64,000 nucleotides of DNA. Origin: Pecten maximus (taxonomy: Eukaryota). Location of the stretch: the NCBI RefSeq assembly GCF_902652985.1, contig NC_047019.1, forward strand, positions 44,454,001 through 44,518,000. The letters are read 5' to 3'. Of this stretch, positions 27,701-42,634 are shown in pieces (position 1 is the first letter of the stretch; each line of letters starts with the position of its first letter). Under the pieces are notes generated by a model. That model did no database searches. It was not told where the DNA came from and worked only from the letters and a program-made list of their open reading frames with translations. The translations under genes and the position numbers were made by a program.

Positions 27701-30700
27701 GTTTTTCATCGCGAGCACAAACCCTGTTCGGTGTGATTTTGTTTGCGTTATAGCGTTAAGCAGCATTTTGCACACCAACGCTAGCGCAATCCGCATCAGA
27801 TGACTGACGCGACACGACATTTTAGTACAATTTAATGTGATAATCTGTCGAGAAAAATTAAAACTTTCGACAAAGCAGCAGATCCATTATCATTAGTTAA
27901 AATAAAGCATTCTCTCTAAAATAATCAATATAAAAAATCACGATCATGATAGAATAAACGTTCGAACGATTCTGTCACAAGGTATCGGTGATAGCTGTTA
28001 TCTTCATGTACCAGCCAACCTCTCCTAGGTCACAAAACTACATATTTACCATTGGTAGTAACGGAGATAACTTAAAACTATTTCCATGTTATTTCACTAA
28101 CATGTCTTCAAGAGGTGTGCAACAGCATGCAGCCACGCTGCTAATGCTTCAACAGTCATTGGGTAATATACTTATAAACTCTCGTGTCCAATAGCAAATC
28201 ATAGTTCATAGCATAATTCTTCAGATACGTGTCAGATAAAAAAAAAACGTTACTGACGTCGATCGGAGGATGACGGATGCTTTATCATCCATACTATAAC
28301 TCAAGAATGTTATTGTTGCAAGACCGAGTTGACAGTTGATTGAAATGGTTTAAAGAATAACTATTATATATGACAGAAATACCAAGGTCGACACCTGTAA
28401 GAGTAACAACTTGGATATAGTATACATACGTATATAATGCAACAGACAAATGTATAACGTGACGACACTTGTTTTATATGTGTTACTATAACGCTACGAT
28501 GGATACATTACTAACAAACTCTGTTACACACAAAAACAAAACAATGGCGATAAATCCGGCATACACTTATAAATCAATGGACTCATCATGAACTACATTT
28601 GAGGACAAATTTAGGTGTTTGTTTTTTTGTTTTTGTTTTTGTTTTTTTTTTACAAATAGCGTGTATGAGTTCAATTGTATTTTGTTCGTAAACCGAGTAT
28701 TGAAGACATTTTGAAAAGAAAACAATCATTACACAGCATGGCCCTCGTGGAGTCCTCAGAACGAAACTTTAGTGGTACATGTCACGTGCTAAGATAGCCC
28801 TTCGGATAAACTATTCATGTATACCATTGGTTTAAAATAATATAACGTTGTTCAACACAAATGTCACCGCCGTCACCATGCCCGCAAAGTTATCTATCAT
28901 ATGTTTAGATTGTTCTATCATTTTGTCAATTAGTCCCTCGGTTTTAAACAATTACACATCTTTTGAAAATGCGATAAGAATAATGGCAATGAATCGACGT
29001 GAAAAAAAACAAAGACTAAGATTTAGCAGTAACAGTGAAATCATCTACTCGTTCAAGTACAGTTCGATATCTACCGATAACTCGAGACAGGAACCATACA
29101 TATCAATATGGTAGTGTTTGAATATTGAGATAGAACACAGCTTTTAGTATAGAATGCCATGTAAGGGTAACTGTAGTTGGGACTTTCCTAGATATCATTC
29201 AAACAAATACGTATATAAATCTATACTTTCACTAATAATCTGGCAAGCTTAGCCAGTCGTAAATCAATCGTCGATGTCTACTCTCTATCCAAACGACGAC
29301 AGCGATTTCCGTGTAGTATCCGTTACCAGTCTGTCGCTCACTATCAAGTGTTATATGATCCAACTTAAATTTTATTCCGTCAACCATGGATATCATGGGT
29401 TATGTTTTACATATAGAAATGTTTTTTGAAAGCATGAATTTCTTTATGAATTTTCCCCTTATATCCATCAACCTACAGCCAAAGACAATATACTTTTTGA
29501 TAGAGGTGGACTCATTCGACGTGTGCAAGGTATTGATTCCTCCATTCTGTGTGTATCGTAAGCATAACTATAGGTAAACTAACCAGTCATATGGCAGCCA
29601 TGCTAAACATTGAACTAATCCATTCCGCTAACACGTCCTCGGCATGACCAACGAAGTTGTGATGCTGCCGCATGCACAAATGGAGTTTGAATTAATTGAA
29701 AAGATACATATTTAGTAGACAGTTCCATTACAAGTATTCGATGATATCTGAATGTATTATTGTAAAACACACATTCATTGAAATGAGTACTAATGAGAAA
29801 TACGATGAGATATATATGTTTGTTAGACATGGAAACTACATAGTGTCTGCAGCAAATAGCGCCCAGTGCTTACTTTTGCTTTTATATTGATTGTACGGGA
29901 AAAAGTCTAGACCAATTTGATCACAAAAAAAACAAAAAACAAAAAAACAAAAAACAAAAAAAAAACAAAAAAACAACAAGCCAGACACTAAATGAAAAGC
30001 GGAGGAAACATGTGTTTTTGAGGGAATTTGAACAACCTCGTGTATATTTACATCATATTTACACCCATAATCAAGCATATGCCAAACCAAAATGAAACAA
30101 GTTCCAACAACGCTTTAGGAAAACAATACAACTCGACATAAACCTGAAACGGACCACATCTATGAACGTTATATGGAAATTTCAAGAATTACTTTTTGCA
30201 CCTCGACCTAAACGATCATGCGCGCACCTGTCTCATGACTATAAACAACATGTCTTAGAAATTATACATTTATATCTGGGAATCACTGTATGACAAGAAT
30301 AGCACAGATGGTACAAGTTAAGGAAAGATAAAGGATACAACAGCAACGGAGACAAGGCATATTTTCTACGTTGAGTGAACGCATTTCATGTTCCTCTATC
30401 GCGTTGATGTGTTTACAAAGGGCCACCATAGAGAGCAGTATTTCGCGTTATATATTCTAATTCAATTAAAAACATGTTTTAAAAAAAAAATTGAAAACGA
30501 TCTTACAGTCATAAAAATTGGCACCAAAGACAAGGATGCGTTTAACAAACCTATTTACGTTATTAAATACCTATCTTCTAACAGGTCATATCAAGACTCT
30601 CGTCAAGGTAGTCAAATATCTCCCTTTTTTGGACTGGACAATGCTATTGCAATTAGTAACTAGGCTATTCCACACGGGCTTGGTATAGGATATCTCGTGT

Positions 30701-33700
30701 TGTCATATACATCCTGTTATTTCGTTCTCTTTTATACAAATGTGTGTTCTTATTAATGACTCAGTTTCATCCAGACACTTTCCCAATGAGGACAATAGAA
30801 GAAAGTAATTTACATTGTATTATGAATGATTGATTCTATTTCTGCACCCCACCAGACAAATCGATGCCAAATGTTAGATATGTAACGGGCATAACCACTA
30901 TCGTATAATCGGTAACGTAAGTATGCCGAGTCATCAAGTCCCTTGTTTGGGTGTAGTTGTGTCCTTGCGACCGCATGACATTAACTCTGGATGATAAAGC
31001 GATAATGATGTTCCAGATTTTCTGGTTCGTTCGAAATTAAATTACTGTATATGTCTCGTTTCTGTATCTGTTGATATATTATAAAAGGACTAGGTCCATA
31101 CTGCTTATAGAAATTACCAACGTTACCTGATTTCTAACCTGGCTGAGGCTAGTAAATACCGTCACGGCACAATTTTGATTCCGAAAGGAAACAAACAACG
31201 GTGTTACACTAGCATACAGTCTTATAGCTGTGAGACACGCGGCAAATGTGTGAAACAACCATGACGAACCAGTGAATCTGTTCACGAACTCTGCCGAAGA
31301 AAAGTCATACGGACAATCAAATGAGTACTCGGACATCGCGGCAATATCGAAGGCAAAACATTCTGTGGACGAGCAGTTCTTTATGATATCCTGTAGGAGG
31401 AACTATCTGGAGGGGCCATTACAGGAACGTGACTCCAGTGTCCAACTGATGATCATGTCTAGCAATGAATAAGTAAAATAAAACAAACCTGTTGTGATGC
31501 AGAAACCAAGACGGTTTTGTTATCTACTCCTTCATATTCCTATGAAACGTTCGAAGTGCGAAATAACATGATTTGTCCTATTCCAGAGCATAATGTCTAT
31601 TCTAAATGATAATGTGTCGAAAATGTTTATTGAACATATGGTTATGTTTCGGAAAAGTATTTCGTTTTCATGTAACCTGCAATATCAATAGATACTTTTT
31701 CTATAATGAACGAAACATGCTAGAAATGTATAAATCAAAATAATGGTTTCAGCAAAGCATTTTGTTTTGCTAACCATCTTACGCAGAAATTATTTAGCAT
31801 TGCATATTACATAACCAAACCTATCTTTGTTACTTCAGTATCTCTCAACAGATATTTATTTAAAGCAAGGTTACCACAACCCAAGGCCAATTGTTTATCC
31901 GATTTTGTAAAGGCTTGCTCTTTATGTGTGTATGATGAAAGAAGAAAGTAACTGTTGTCGACATGTATAGGTATGAGGCCTGTATGGATACGCTAATTAC
32001 CTATGTTCGCCAACGTGACGCTAGGTTCTTCCGCATCTCTAGTGAAATATCTCTGTTAAATGTTGTAAGCTCGTGTTTACTCAGTTAATTGCATCATGTA
32101 CATCGACTTAGCAGTGGATACATAATAATATATATTTAAAACAGTTAGACAAACGACAATTTGTTAACCAGTAAGATAGCTTTGTATAACTTAATTCTGG
32201 AAATTTCTCCTGATGAAGTAGACCAATATGGAAAGATACTTGAGGTCAGAAATGTATTGCAATTGAATGGCATTGACAAATGGCAAACATTCCGTTAATA
32301 TTGGCAAGGTTACGTGTGCTTATGTGTGTGTGTGAATTCAACGTCATATGTATCCGGATAACCTATTACCTAGTATTTTAAGGCCAGTGACGTGATCATA
32401 GCGGAATCATAATTCTTTGGTTTTATTTTTAGTACACTTGAAACAGTTGTAATTGATAATTGCACTTCAAAATAATTCCATACATAAATCTGATCATACA
32501 AAGTGAATGCATTTTTGTTTTATTGTAAACACATATCAATAATTGGAATTATTCTTTAGATGCAATATATACGATATTGCAATTTGATGTACATCATCTA
32601 TTTGTAATATCTCAAAATATCAGGGAGCTTCATCATATAAACCGACTGCTTGTGTTGCTGTCGTTTTGATGTACATAACATTCAATTAGATATGTTCTTC
32701 TGTTACACAGGAAACACTGAAGTGTTTGTCTGAGGCTGATTTGTAGATTTCGAAAACCTCTTTGACGTAACTATCTGCTTACCTATAAATATATGACATC
32801 ATAAATTACCAATTTTGAATCAAACGGCGATAGAAAATCTCTTTTTATTACAGAGCCTAGGGAATATACGTTTATTGCTGTCCCGATGGCACGTTTCATC
32901 TGAAACATACCAAATCTGTGCTAAATCCCAGACTTCCGACAACTTGAAAAACCAATTTTCTTATATCAAAATTTCTCGGTGCTTCATCAGAATTCTTCCA
33001 AAATGTGTTTCGTATTCTAGTTTGATAACATAATGCTAACTTTTATCTGAACAAGGCATTTAAACAATGTCCGAAATGTATTTGGCTTCGAGAGAACTTT
33101 GAAATAATCAAATCTGTTACTTGGGCATATGGCGAAATGCATTAGGTTTCACATCAGATGGTTGTAAAGTAGCATCCTCAGTCGTAAAACAAGCACGAAT
33201 TTGGATATGATTCAAAGACGCTTCTCTTCTGCCAGCATTCATATGTATTTTAAATTCCATCCACTTTACACTATCCTACGTCAAGTTAGGGTATTCACCG
33301 CCAGCCACTTTACAGAGACGAGTAGACAGAATGGATTAACGGTCTTGTATTTTAAATCGAGCACTCTATACATACGGGTACATCTCAGCTTTATATAATT
33401 AATTTAAATTATATATTTTTGCGTAGGATATTGGAAACGTGCAAGGAGAATAAGACCCTGTATTACGTCCGATTCTTGATTAATAAATCATTTTTATTTG
33501 GATATATCCATATAAACCGTTACATTAATCAAAGGGTTAATATATCAAGCAGTGTTACAATATACATATATATGTATCATGAATACCACTATAATACGAC
33601 AGGTAATGTAGCTACTATAACAATCAATAACGTCAACGGAACACATTCAAACCCGCTAATCTATGAATGTCTACACACCGTGAGCGATTTAAATATATAT

Positions 33701-33950
33701 CATTTCTCGACATTTTGACACCTTGAATTTTATTTAGAAAACGGTAATGACATACGACGCCATTGTCTGTCTTTGTGGATACGGGAATATAATATTAAAT
33801 GTCTTCATTTTTAAAACTCTGTTTCAAATATGATAAATAAACCATATCACAGCCTATTTATATCTGCCATACCACGTTGCAGCCGATGGAGACCTGCCAG
33901 GACATATATATATATATTATTTTTTTTAATTTATTCTTTTAATTAACTCC

Positions 33951-33951
<1 letters not shown>

Positions 33952-33985
<34 letters not shown>
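33952..33985. repeat. (TA)n microsatellite
   Basis: Directly visible. A shorter one lies at about 22605-22629. Confidence 0.9.
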
Positions 33986-33987
<2 letters not shown>

Positions 33988-34015
33988 GATAACTGGTCTG
34001 TGTCCAGACCTGGTA

Positions 34016-34238
34016 AGGGGCCGCGGTGTCCGAGTGGTTAAGGTGTACCGACACTTTATCACTAGCCCTCCACCTCTGGGTTGCGAGTTCGAAACCTACG
34101 TGGGGCAGTTGCCTGGTACTGACCGTAGGCCGGTGGTTTTTCTCCGGGTATCTCGGCTTTCCTCCACCTCCAAATCTGGCACGTCCTTAAATGACCCTGG
34201 CTGTTAATAGGACGTTAAACAAAATAAACCAAACCAAA
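34016..34238 (+). mobile_element. Intact tRNA-derived SINE with V-domain-like core
   Basis: A box GGTGTCCGAGTGGTTAAGG, B box GAGTTCGAAACC, core GGTTTTTCTCCGGGTATCTCGGCTTTCCTCC and an (AAACC)n tail. 13-bp TSD TCCAGACCTGGTA at 34003-34015 and 34239-34251. Confidence 0.93.
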
Positions 34239-34570
34239 TCCAGACCTGGTACCTTCTAGCTATATCTAAAGTGATAGGATCGCTCACTGATGCTGACGTG
34301 ACGTGGAATTCTGTCATCCGTAAAAATAGTCAGGCATTATTAATGATGTCTAATAGCTTTGAATTGCTGTCTTTGTCACGATCAGCAATGCCACAGGAAA
34401 TTCCTCTTGTAGCTGAGATTTTCTTATCCTAAAACATAAAAGCATAAGCTGCCCACCGACATTATGCCTTTCATCTCAATGGAAAACTGTGACATTCTTT
34501 TAGAAGATTTTTATTCATATACAGCATGTAAAATTCAAATAAAAATGATCCCACATGGAACATTTGTTTA

Positions 34571-34910
34571 TCCTTATTGCCTATGAATTCTAAAACAATA
34601 TGTAATTGTACCCGCTTTATTACCTTTGATTTCTAAAAAAACTAGTAATAATACCCTCCTAATGACGCATGATTTATAAAACAATATGCAAAGTTAACCT
34701 CCTTATTACCTATGATTTATAAAACACTATTCAAAGCTAACCTCCTTATAACCTATGATTTATAAAACAATATTCAAATTTAACCTCCTTATTACCTATG
34801 ATTTAAAAAAAAAATATTCAAAGTTAACCCCCTAATTACCTATGATTTAAAAAACAATATGCAAAGTTAACCTCCTAATTACCCTGATTTATAAAACATG
34901 TAATGGTAAC
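34571..34910. repeat. About 43-bp AT-rich tandem repeat, about 8 copies
   Basis: Unit AACCTCCTTATTACCTATGATTTATAAAACAATATTCAAAGTT. Confidence 0.9.
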
Positions 34911-35199
34911 CTAGGGAGAAAACTTACTTTGGAACAAACCGGTGATTTCTACTCAATATTTATTCAACTGGGGAAATACTGATATACAAGTTAACTAAGA
35001 ATCTGTGAAGAATTGAACTGAGAAAAAGATAAGGAGACTAGGAAATGAGGCGTCTGCTGCGTCCTTTCAAAAACACACTAGACTTAGTCATGCAATGTTA
35101 TATTCTCAGAAATAAATCATGTTTAAAATTATTATTAATGTCAATTGTAACTCTTCAAATTTGGATAAATAACGATATGAATTAAATGGACTTGTAGCA

Positions 35200-35420
35200 T
35201 TATAGTTTGTTTTTGTTTAACGTCCTATTAACAGCCAGGGTCATTTAAGGACGTGCCAGGTTTTGTAGGTGGAGGAAAGCCGCAGTACCCGCAGAAAAAC
35301 CACCGGCCTACGGTCAGTACCTGGTAACTGCCCCACGTAGGTTTCGAACTCGCAACCCAGTGGTGGAGGACTAGTGTTAAAGTGTCGGTACACCTTAACC
35401 ACTCGGCCACCGCGGTCCAT
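35200..35420 (-). mobile_element. Second intact copy of the same SINE
   Basis: Its reverse complement aligns along the full length with 34016-34238. 13-bp TSD TGGACTTGTAGCA at 35187-35199 and 35421-35433. Confidence 0.93.
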
Positions 35421-38400
35421 TGGACTTGTAGCAAAAGTATGAAGTACGCATATGAGGCAGTTGTGCATTGTTTCATTATTATATGTATTTCTCGGATCCT
35501 TTTTGTGAAATTGCCAATAGGAATTTCCTGTACCTATTCACGTTTCATTCAACTAGATTAACTAATATTTTTTTTACACTGAGAGCATTATTATAATTAC
35601 AGAGATGATGGAAAAGCTGCTAAGGCGAAATAATAAAATACATAAAACTGAAATTTCACGGCTGGAGCCTAGAACATGGTGACGGTCATAAAAAAGTGAA
35701 ATACTCGCAGCTTATACCCGATGAAAAGATTAAGAATACACATATACGCTATTTGTCTGACATTTAACTGCAATCAGCTTTTAAAACAGAACACACTATT
35801 TTTTCACACACAAAGATGAAACGATTAGAGTACTTTGATGGGACCAAGGTATGGTTTGGGGATTTCGCTGACGATAGATAGGTATAATGTGCATGAAGGG
35901 TTCAGTATGATATCACTAAATGTAATTATCTGATATAGATACCAAAAGGTTAAAGTTGACAGCAGCTGGAGATGCACTTACTAAGATTATACTGATATAA
36001 TAATCATTAGCTGCATTTTTGAAATGAAAAACATTCAATCGATTTCGATACGGTGTTCAGATAATAACGAATTACACTTATGATGGAGTGATTTTCAACA
36101 TCATGTGTCAAAGTTCAAGATTCTGCTGCTGGATAATGCCTCCAGAAAGCTATGAAGTTGAAGCTGGGTTGATGGTTAACAAGTTTGATATATATATATA
36201 ATTTCAAAGTATATATTTGTTTAACACAGGAAAATAAGAAGACTTTAAAAACATACTTTTAACATCTCCTAAATTTGATGGATGAATGTAGTTCTAATCA
36301 CGTAGTTTTTTTCAGATAGGGATATTGGCACACGAGGATACACATCGCCATGCTAAGGTTCTGACCATGGAACTGGAACAGTTTACACTGGCTCCCTATA
36401 CCTGATGTAGGGATGATTGCAAACTTTCATACAACAATGCTGATGGCATCGGATATGTACAAAGCAGCCATAATGTACAGCTTTCTGTACATAATATATG
36501 GTAATATGTTGCGTTTTTTTTTTAAATATATCGAAATGTTTTATTTCGGCACTAGTGAAAGAGTATGATGGTATTAAGGACTGGCTGGTTGTCATCATTA
36601 CGCTTCGGGCTTAAATAAATCTTATATGCTCTTACACAACAAATTATGTTTTTTATCAACCTCATCTATTATATCAGTATAGGCATCGAAATAAATCATA
36701 TGTAACTACCACTCGGATGAATCGGAAGTAACGGAACAATAAATCAAAATGTTCCTTGTACACCCTGGTATATGTTTTGTTTTGTGAATTTGTTTTTATT
36801 ATATTTTGCTATTTCATTTTTATTTATATATATATAGTCTATTATTAATTAGGTCCTCTCTCGCAATGAATATATGACTTTGATGTTGTAATGAATGTAA
36901 CATTGTATACCGATACATGTCTTATTTGTCTGTTTTTTGGAGTTATTTTACCTGTCTGTATTTAATTCAAATAGCGTTCCAGTAAAAATGCTTTCTTTGC
37001 CAACTGCATTGGAAGGCGACCGTATTAACCTCCAAAATGACTTTCAATTGTTGTATTTCAATCCTGAAAACTTTTTAAATGATACCCGAGGGTTATATTA
37101 CCCAAATGTAGCTACGGTAGCCGTGGTAACCCGATTAATATAGTGATCACCATTCGCATCCAATGACCAGTTTATTAAAGAGACAAAATTATAGAAATAT
37201 ATACGGTTCCACGAACTGCCTGATGAATGGGATGCTGTGTGTTTTCTGTCATCTGTCACTGTACATGCACACGCTTTCGATTTTATATAAACTATTTTAT
37301 AGTTCAATATATCTGATTAGTCAGCAGATTAATTTTGTATCGTGTTACATCGGTAGTGACTATCTTTTCTTTCTTTTTTTGTGTGTGATAAAATTGGAAA
37401 TTCGAAAATGATTAAAGTCGTGGCCTATTCTTTAGAATTCATTTCGTCGATACCAAAATATTCAAATTTCATATAACTGGGTTTGTTTTCATACCATATG
37501 GAAGACTATATCTTAAACCCTGTCGTGACTTGCTTCCATATTATACAAATGTCCTAGACTCTATTACTCTTGTTATTCCAAATGATGCGATGACAACGCA
37601 AACCGAAACGTTCACTGAGCTACGATCAAAGTTAACAGTGCGGCGTGTGTAATTCTTGTAAAATGTTTCTCGTGACTTTTCAAACATCACGTGCCTTTGA
37701 ACTTCCGTTAGAATGGACCATATTGCCTGCTTGTTAGTTAGCTTCGCGAAGATGTGAGCTTTGAGTGCGAACATAACGTTATGTCCATTACTGAGGCGCC
37801 AAATAGTATGTAACATTATGAAAACGTCGGAGTCTGTTTGTTCACCCACAATCCATCAATTGTGAATTCATCTTAATCCCAATGCCTACTGTGTCGCAAA
37901 CGACACTGTGGGCCGTAGGCGGCAGGGATTAAGGGATGCATCCCGGTTATAAATCTGAAAAAGCACGGTTATAATAGTTTGGAATACGGGAAACTGACAA
38001 CATCCAGATCTACAATGGACATTGTGACATTTCTCCGCTACACTTTACGAGTAGTTTGTGTATTATCGTTTGTGAATTCCTGTACATGCATATAGCCTGT
38101 TGCCTGATATAATAACGGCGATCGACAAAGATTAGTTACAGATGATGTTCACTCTGATTGGATCCGTGAAACACAATGCTATTATCAATATACAGTCAAT
38201 AAAGGTCTATCACGCCTTCGATGTTTAATAACAAACTTCAACTTATTGCAAAAGTACTATGACAAAGTATTGGTAATATTTCCACCATTAGACATTCGTT
38301 ATAACATAGTACATTTCAATTGGTAGAGCAAGTCTCCCGTATTTATATGTATTATCCGTTACGTTCCATATAACCACCATTTTCCTTTACCCAAGATCAC

Positions 38401-38562
38401 AGCTGCCCCGCAAATGCGTGTTTACTATAGTTATGGGGCACAATTCTTATAACATTCAATTGCAGGTGTCTATGTTGTAATGCACATCTACCGCAACATG
38501 TACAAGTAGCCGTTCAATTTCAACACGGATTCTTACAACATATTTATATCGTATTTACTCTA

Positions 38563-39020
38563 CTGACAATATACCAATTTAATGGAAATAGTTGTGTGAT
38601 TTAAAGGTACTTTGCAGCCAAATTTCAATTTAATTGGAAAACAGTGTGCTTTGAATTTCCTCTGCAGACAATATACCAAGTAAAAGGAAACAATGTATGA
38701 TCTAAGGGTACTTTGCAGACAATATACCAAGTAAATGCAAATAGTTGTATGCTTTAAAGATACTCAGCAGACAATGTCCAAATTAAATGGAAAGAACCGT
38801 ATACTTAAAATGTATTTTCCATGTAATATACCAATTAATGGAATGAATTGTATGAGCTATATGTACTCTTTTTACAATGTCCAAATACAATAAAAAAACA
38901 ATCGTGTGCTTTAAATTTACACTGCAGGCAATTTACGGTTAAATGGTAAGAAATGTACTCTGCAAACAATGTCCTATCTTAATGAAAAACCTCGTGTGCT
39001 TTAAATTTGGTTTGCAGACC
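38563..39020. repeat. Old, degenerate tandem repeat of about 51 bp, about 9 copies
   Basis: Units like TGCAGACAATATACCAAGTAAATGGAAA...TGTGCTTTAAA recur at 50-53 bp spacing. Confidence 0.8.
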
Positions 39021-42000
39021 ATTTGTTTTTCAAAAATAACCAATTCAAATCTTAAGCTATTGTTTCTTTGAATCGTTGTTTACACAATTGATACCAATAA
39101 CACAACACAAACTATTCAAAATATTTTGAAAATATTGATTTTCCACAAAAGTTTAAACTGAATAAATGATTGAATACTTTTGATATGATAATTGTTGTCA
39201 CGTAGTCTGCTTTTGTCGGGGTCGTCAAGTCTCACACGTCTACCTATTTCCAACGGCTGTGTAGTGGATCTTGTGGTGATACATGGTCATAGTGTCGGCA
39301 GCAAAGTGAGTGAAGTAGATTTTTTTTATTATCCAGTCCCCGGAAGACAAATTACTCCGCCTCAATGTAGAGCTGACACGGAAATGTAGCTCCCATAAAG
39401 CTGTGCGTGTTATCGACCCGCGACATTATGACGTCACAGTGCGATAGGTATATGATGATTACAAGATTATATGTTCTATCTTGTGCCGGAAAGACACAAT
39501 CTCGTAAACTTTAACAGCAGTTCACCAAGCCATGCTCAATGGCGAGCAGTAGTACTACCGATACCACTACATACAACCAGGTGTAGTGTTGGGGGAACTG
39601 TTGGGGATGAGACAGCACGACAGATAGGAAGATCCAAATGTAAGACTGATCGTGATGCATGACGGGGACTCGGTTTATCATAATGGAATCGCACATCGAA
39701 AATTGAATAAATGAATTAATGATATCAAGGTTACAACTTCATGAATACTGATGGCAAATGTTTCCGGCTAGGTGCGTTTCTTTTGTCTTCCATTTATTAA
39801 CTGTGTTTTTAGATAGTTATTTCATCAAAGAAATTCAGTATATTCCAAATATTTTGTGCTAGAAAAGTTTTTAAAAAATTAAATTCGTTTGAGTTCCTGT
39901 ATCTAAATAACAAGTGGGTATAGCAGCACGTGTACAGAGTGAAGAAATAACAACGGAAGTATATTTCACGAATACTCCCTGCGATTATGTCTCACTGTGT
40001 CCATATGGCTTAGGATGCCAAACGGGTTGTAACAGGCTGTGCGTGGACGTCCATGCTTTCCCGTCACAACAAAACTAAGGGTCAAGTTAGATTGCCAACA
40101 GCTGGACATTGCCATGTCCGACGTCACATAATTGTCTTAGAGAAGTAAGCGTCTAGGCAAGTTTTATGTTTGACATTCTTACATATTATATCTCCGTACA
40201 ATTACCATTGCCATAGTTATATATCAAAAATCATATTTGTACATTAAAAATTCAAATAAAGCATACATTATTTCTCATTTATATGTGATATTCCTAATTA
40301 TTGTTTCAGGAGACGTTCTACCGAATGTCCCTTCCGTTTACACTCGTAATGACAAAACAGTTCGTATCGATTGTACAATACATTCTAGGGAAAAGTTCGT
40401 CTGTAAAATGATAAATATTCACATATGAAATATGTTAAAACAATTTCAGCAGACAGTTAAGTTGTTAACTGCCACCCTGTCTTTACATCAGTTGGACCTC
40501 AAATCTATAAACGTGCGGATTTCAACAGAGGGAGACACGTGAATGTAGACAGTCTCTGCAAACAGATCATACAGTGTGAAAGTGTCAAACTGTATAGACG
40601 TATTGCCGTCGTAAATAGTTGGTATATATTTGAAATCGTCTGGTATTAAACTCTCTATTAAAATAAATAGTATGTATATTGGCAGCCGTCCGGCATCACC
40701 GAGATGTCGCATTATGTCCATTGTGAGATTTGATTGCAGGGACATCTGGGGAAAGAAAGGATCGTTCAACATAAAACTTTCAGTTCATACATATAACATG
40801 GCTTGGCGTGTTGACTTCCTAATACGACTGTATTCACTCATATTGACGGTAATTATAAAACGCCGATAGATGACCTATTTCAAAGTAAGCTTTTATGATG
40901 GAAATTCATGTCAGTGGATCGGAAATCCATTGTACGTGTCAAGAGGCCGGTACCCACTTTATCAAATTTTCTATTTTTTTTCTTTAGATGTTCAATGGTG
41001 CTCTAATTATAGTCTTTATGAAGGCTTTAAGTTAAACACCATTAAAACAAGATTGGACTAACGGAAATTTTCGTATTTCTGTACGTTTGTACTGCAAATG
41101 AATTTGAAAAACATAAAATTATCCTTGGTATGGAAGTGTTCTTTATAGGCTCTGTATTTTTTGTACGATGGGAACTGTTCCTAGCAATTATCATAATTAT
41201 ATCAATAAACTAGGAAGGTTACCGTCAGTGTTTAGCTCTTTATCTCTGCCACGTAACAAACAACTGGTCTTTGATTGCATTTCCATGTGCATCTCTAGAG
41301 GATGGCGTACAGTTGGAATCATATCATCATGTTAACATCTTTGACTTTCCCTGGGGCTCTTTGTACTTAAGAAAAGTTGACAATCGTCAACCAGCATGTA
41401 CAACTGTGACAATCGCTGAGCAGTTACTACCATGCAATTACATTATGGCTTTGCTTTTGTAGAGTATTGTATTAAATACATCACGAGTTATACATTCCAT
41501 TAGGTAATTGACGTCACTTATAGCGATCTGATCGCTCACAAGATCTAAGGTCTTGGCAGCATTGACATTTGCTTGTCTTTTGTCGTTTGCTAGAGGAAAA
41601 AATCATACTAGGAACTTTGATATTGCAAAACACAAACAATAGAGCTATTGACATAATGCAGTATTTTCAGCCAAAGAACAGATGCGTATCAAGGTGGAAG
41701 AATATAATTATGAAGTTCCTACGTTGTGGTTGGAATCTCTTCTCCGAAACAATAAAATATGACGTAGTTTTATTCAACAGAAGTATACAGGGTCAATCAT
41801 ATTTATTTAATGGCTAAATTGTTATGTATCGTAGCATTGTGTAAGCTGGGTATTTTAAGAGCTTTGAAACAGGTAACAAGAGCCTTGTCGGGTCCTTCAT
41901 TTTCATCTATACTATAGATGTACTGCGGATGTGTTATATTCAAAGCCAATGTTTTCATAACACATACATTTTTAAAGAAATTACCAAAAATTGTTAAATG

Positions 42001-42634
42001 ATATAATGTGAAACCCAATAGTGATATCATATGAGAGACAATACTTTTTTTTGTTAAATTACAATTTAAACCGGGAATCTATCTAATGATTACAGGGAAT
42101 CTCTAATACGATGCTCCTCCTTCTATATGTTGATGAGCCACGGCAAATATGCAATACACACGTACGCAAACTGGTTTGATTTGAAGAATGGCGAACTGGC
42201 GGCTAAATTCACGCATCAGAAGCCCAATGTCGATCAGATTGTTTGTTGCCGCGAAGGCAAAGAAAAGGAGTAGGCGAACTCACAACATAATCTTCGACTT
42301 ATAGAGACAACGAGAGTCTGTAAGACCAAAATTAAAGATAGGTTTAACGTGAAAAGTCACCATCCATTGGCAGTTAAATGTATCGCCATTTAATACACAA
42401 ACAGAAGTTTTTTTTCTGTTTATTAACCGGGGATGTTACTCGGCGCGCGTAGTATTGGTTCATGTTCTATTTTTAGATGTTTGCTATCCTTCACTTAAAT
42501 GTTGCTTGACTTATCGAATTGTTGACGTAACTGAGCATGTTTGAAGGGAATTAGATGAAGATAAATTTGCGAATGATAATGAAGTTTAGTTTGAGAAAGT
42601 TATATATATGTATACACATAGAGAGGCTTTATAT

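Noticed and set aside
34017-34105. tRNA gene
   Set aside because: The A and B boxes belong to a SINE head, followed by a SINE core, tail and TSD. No clean cloverleaf.
40488-40772. 94-aa minus-strand ORF and other 60-100 aa ORFs across the window
   Set aside because: No recognisable domains, and lengths are as expected by chance.
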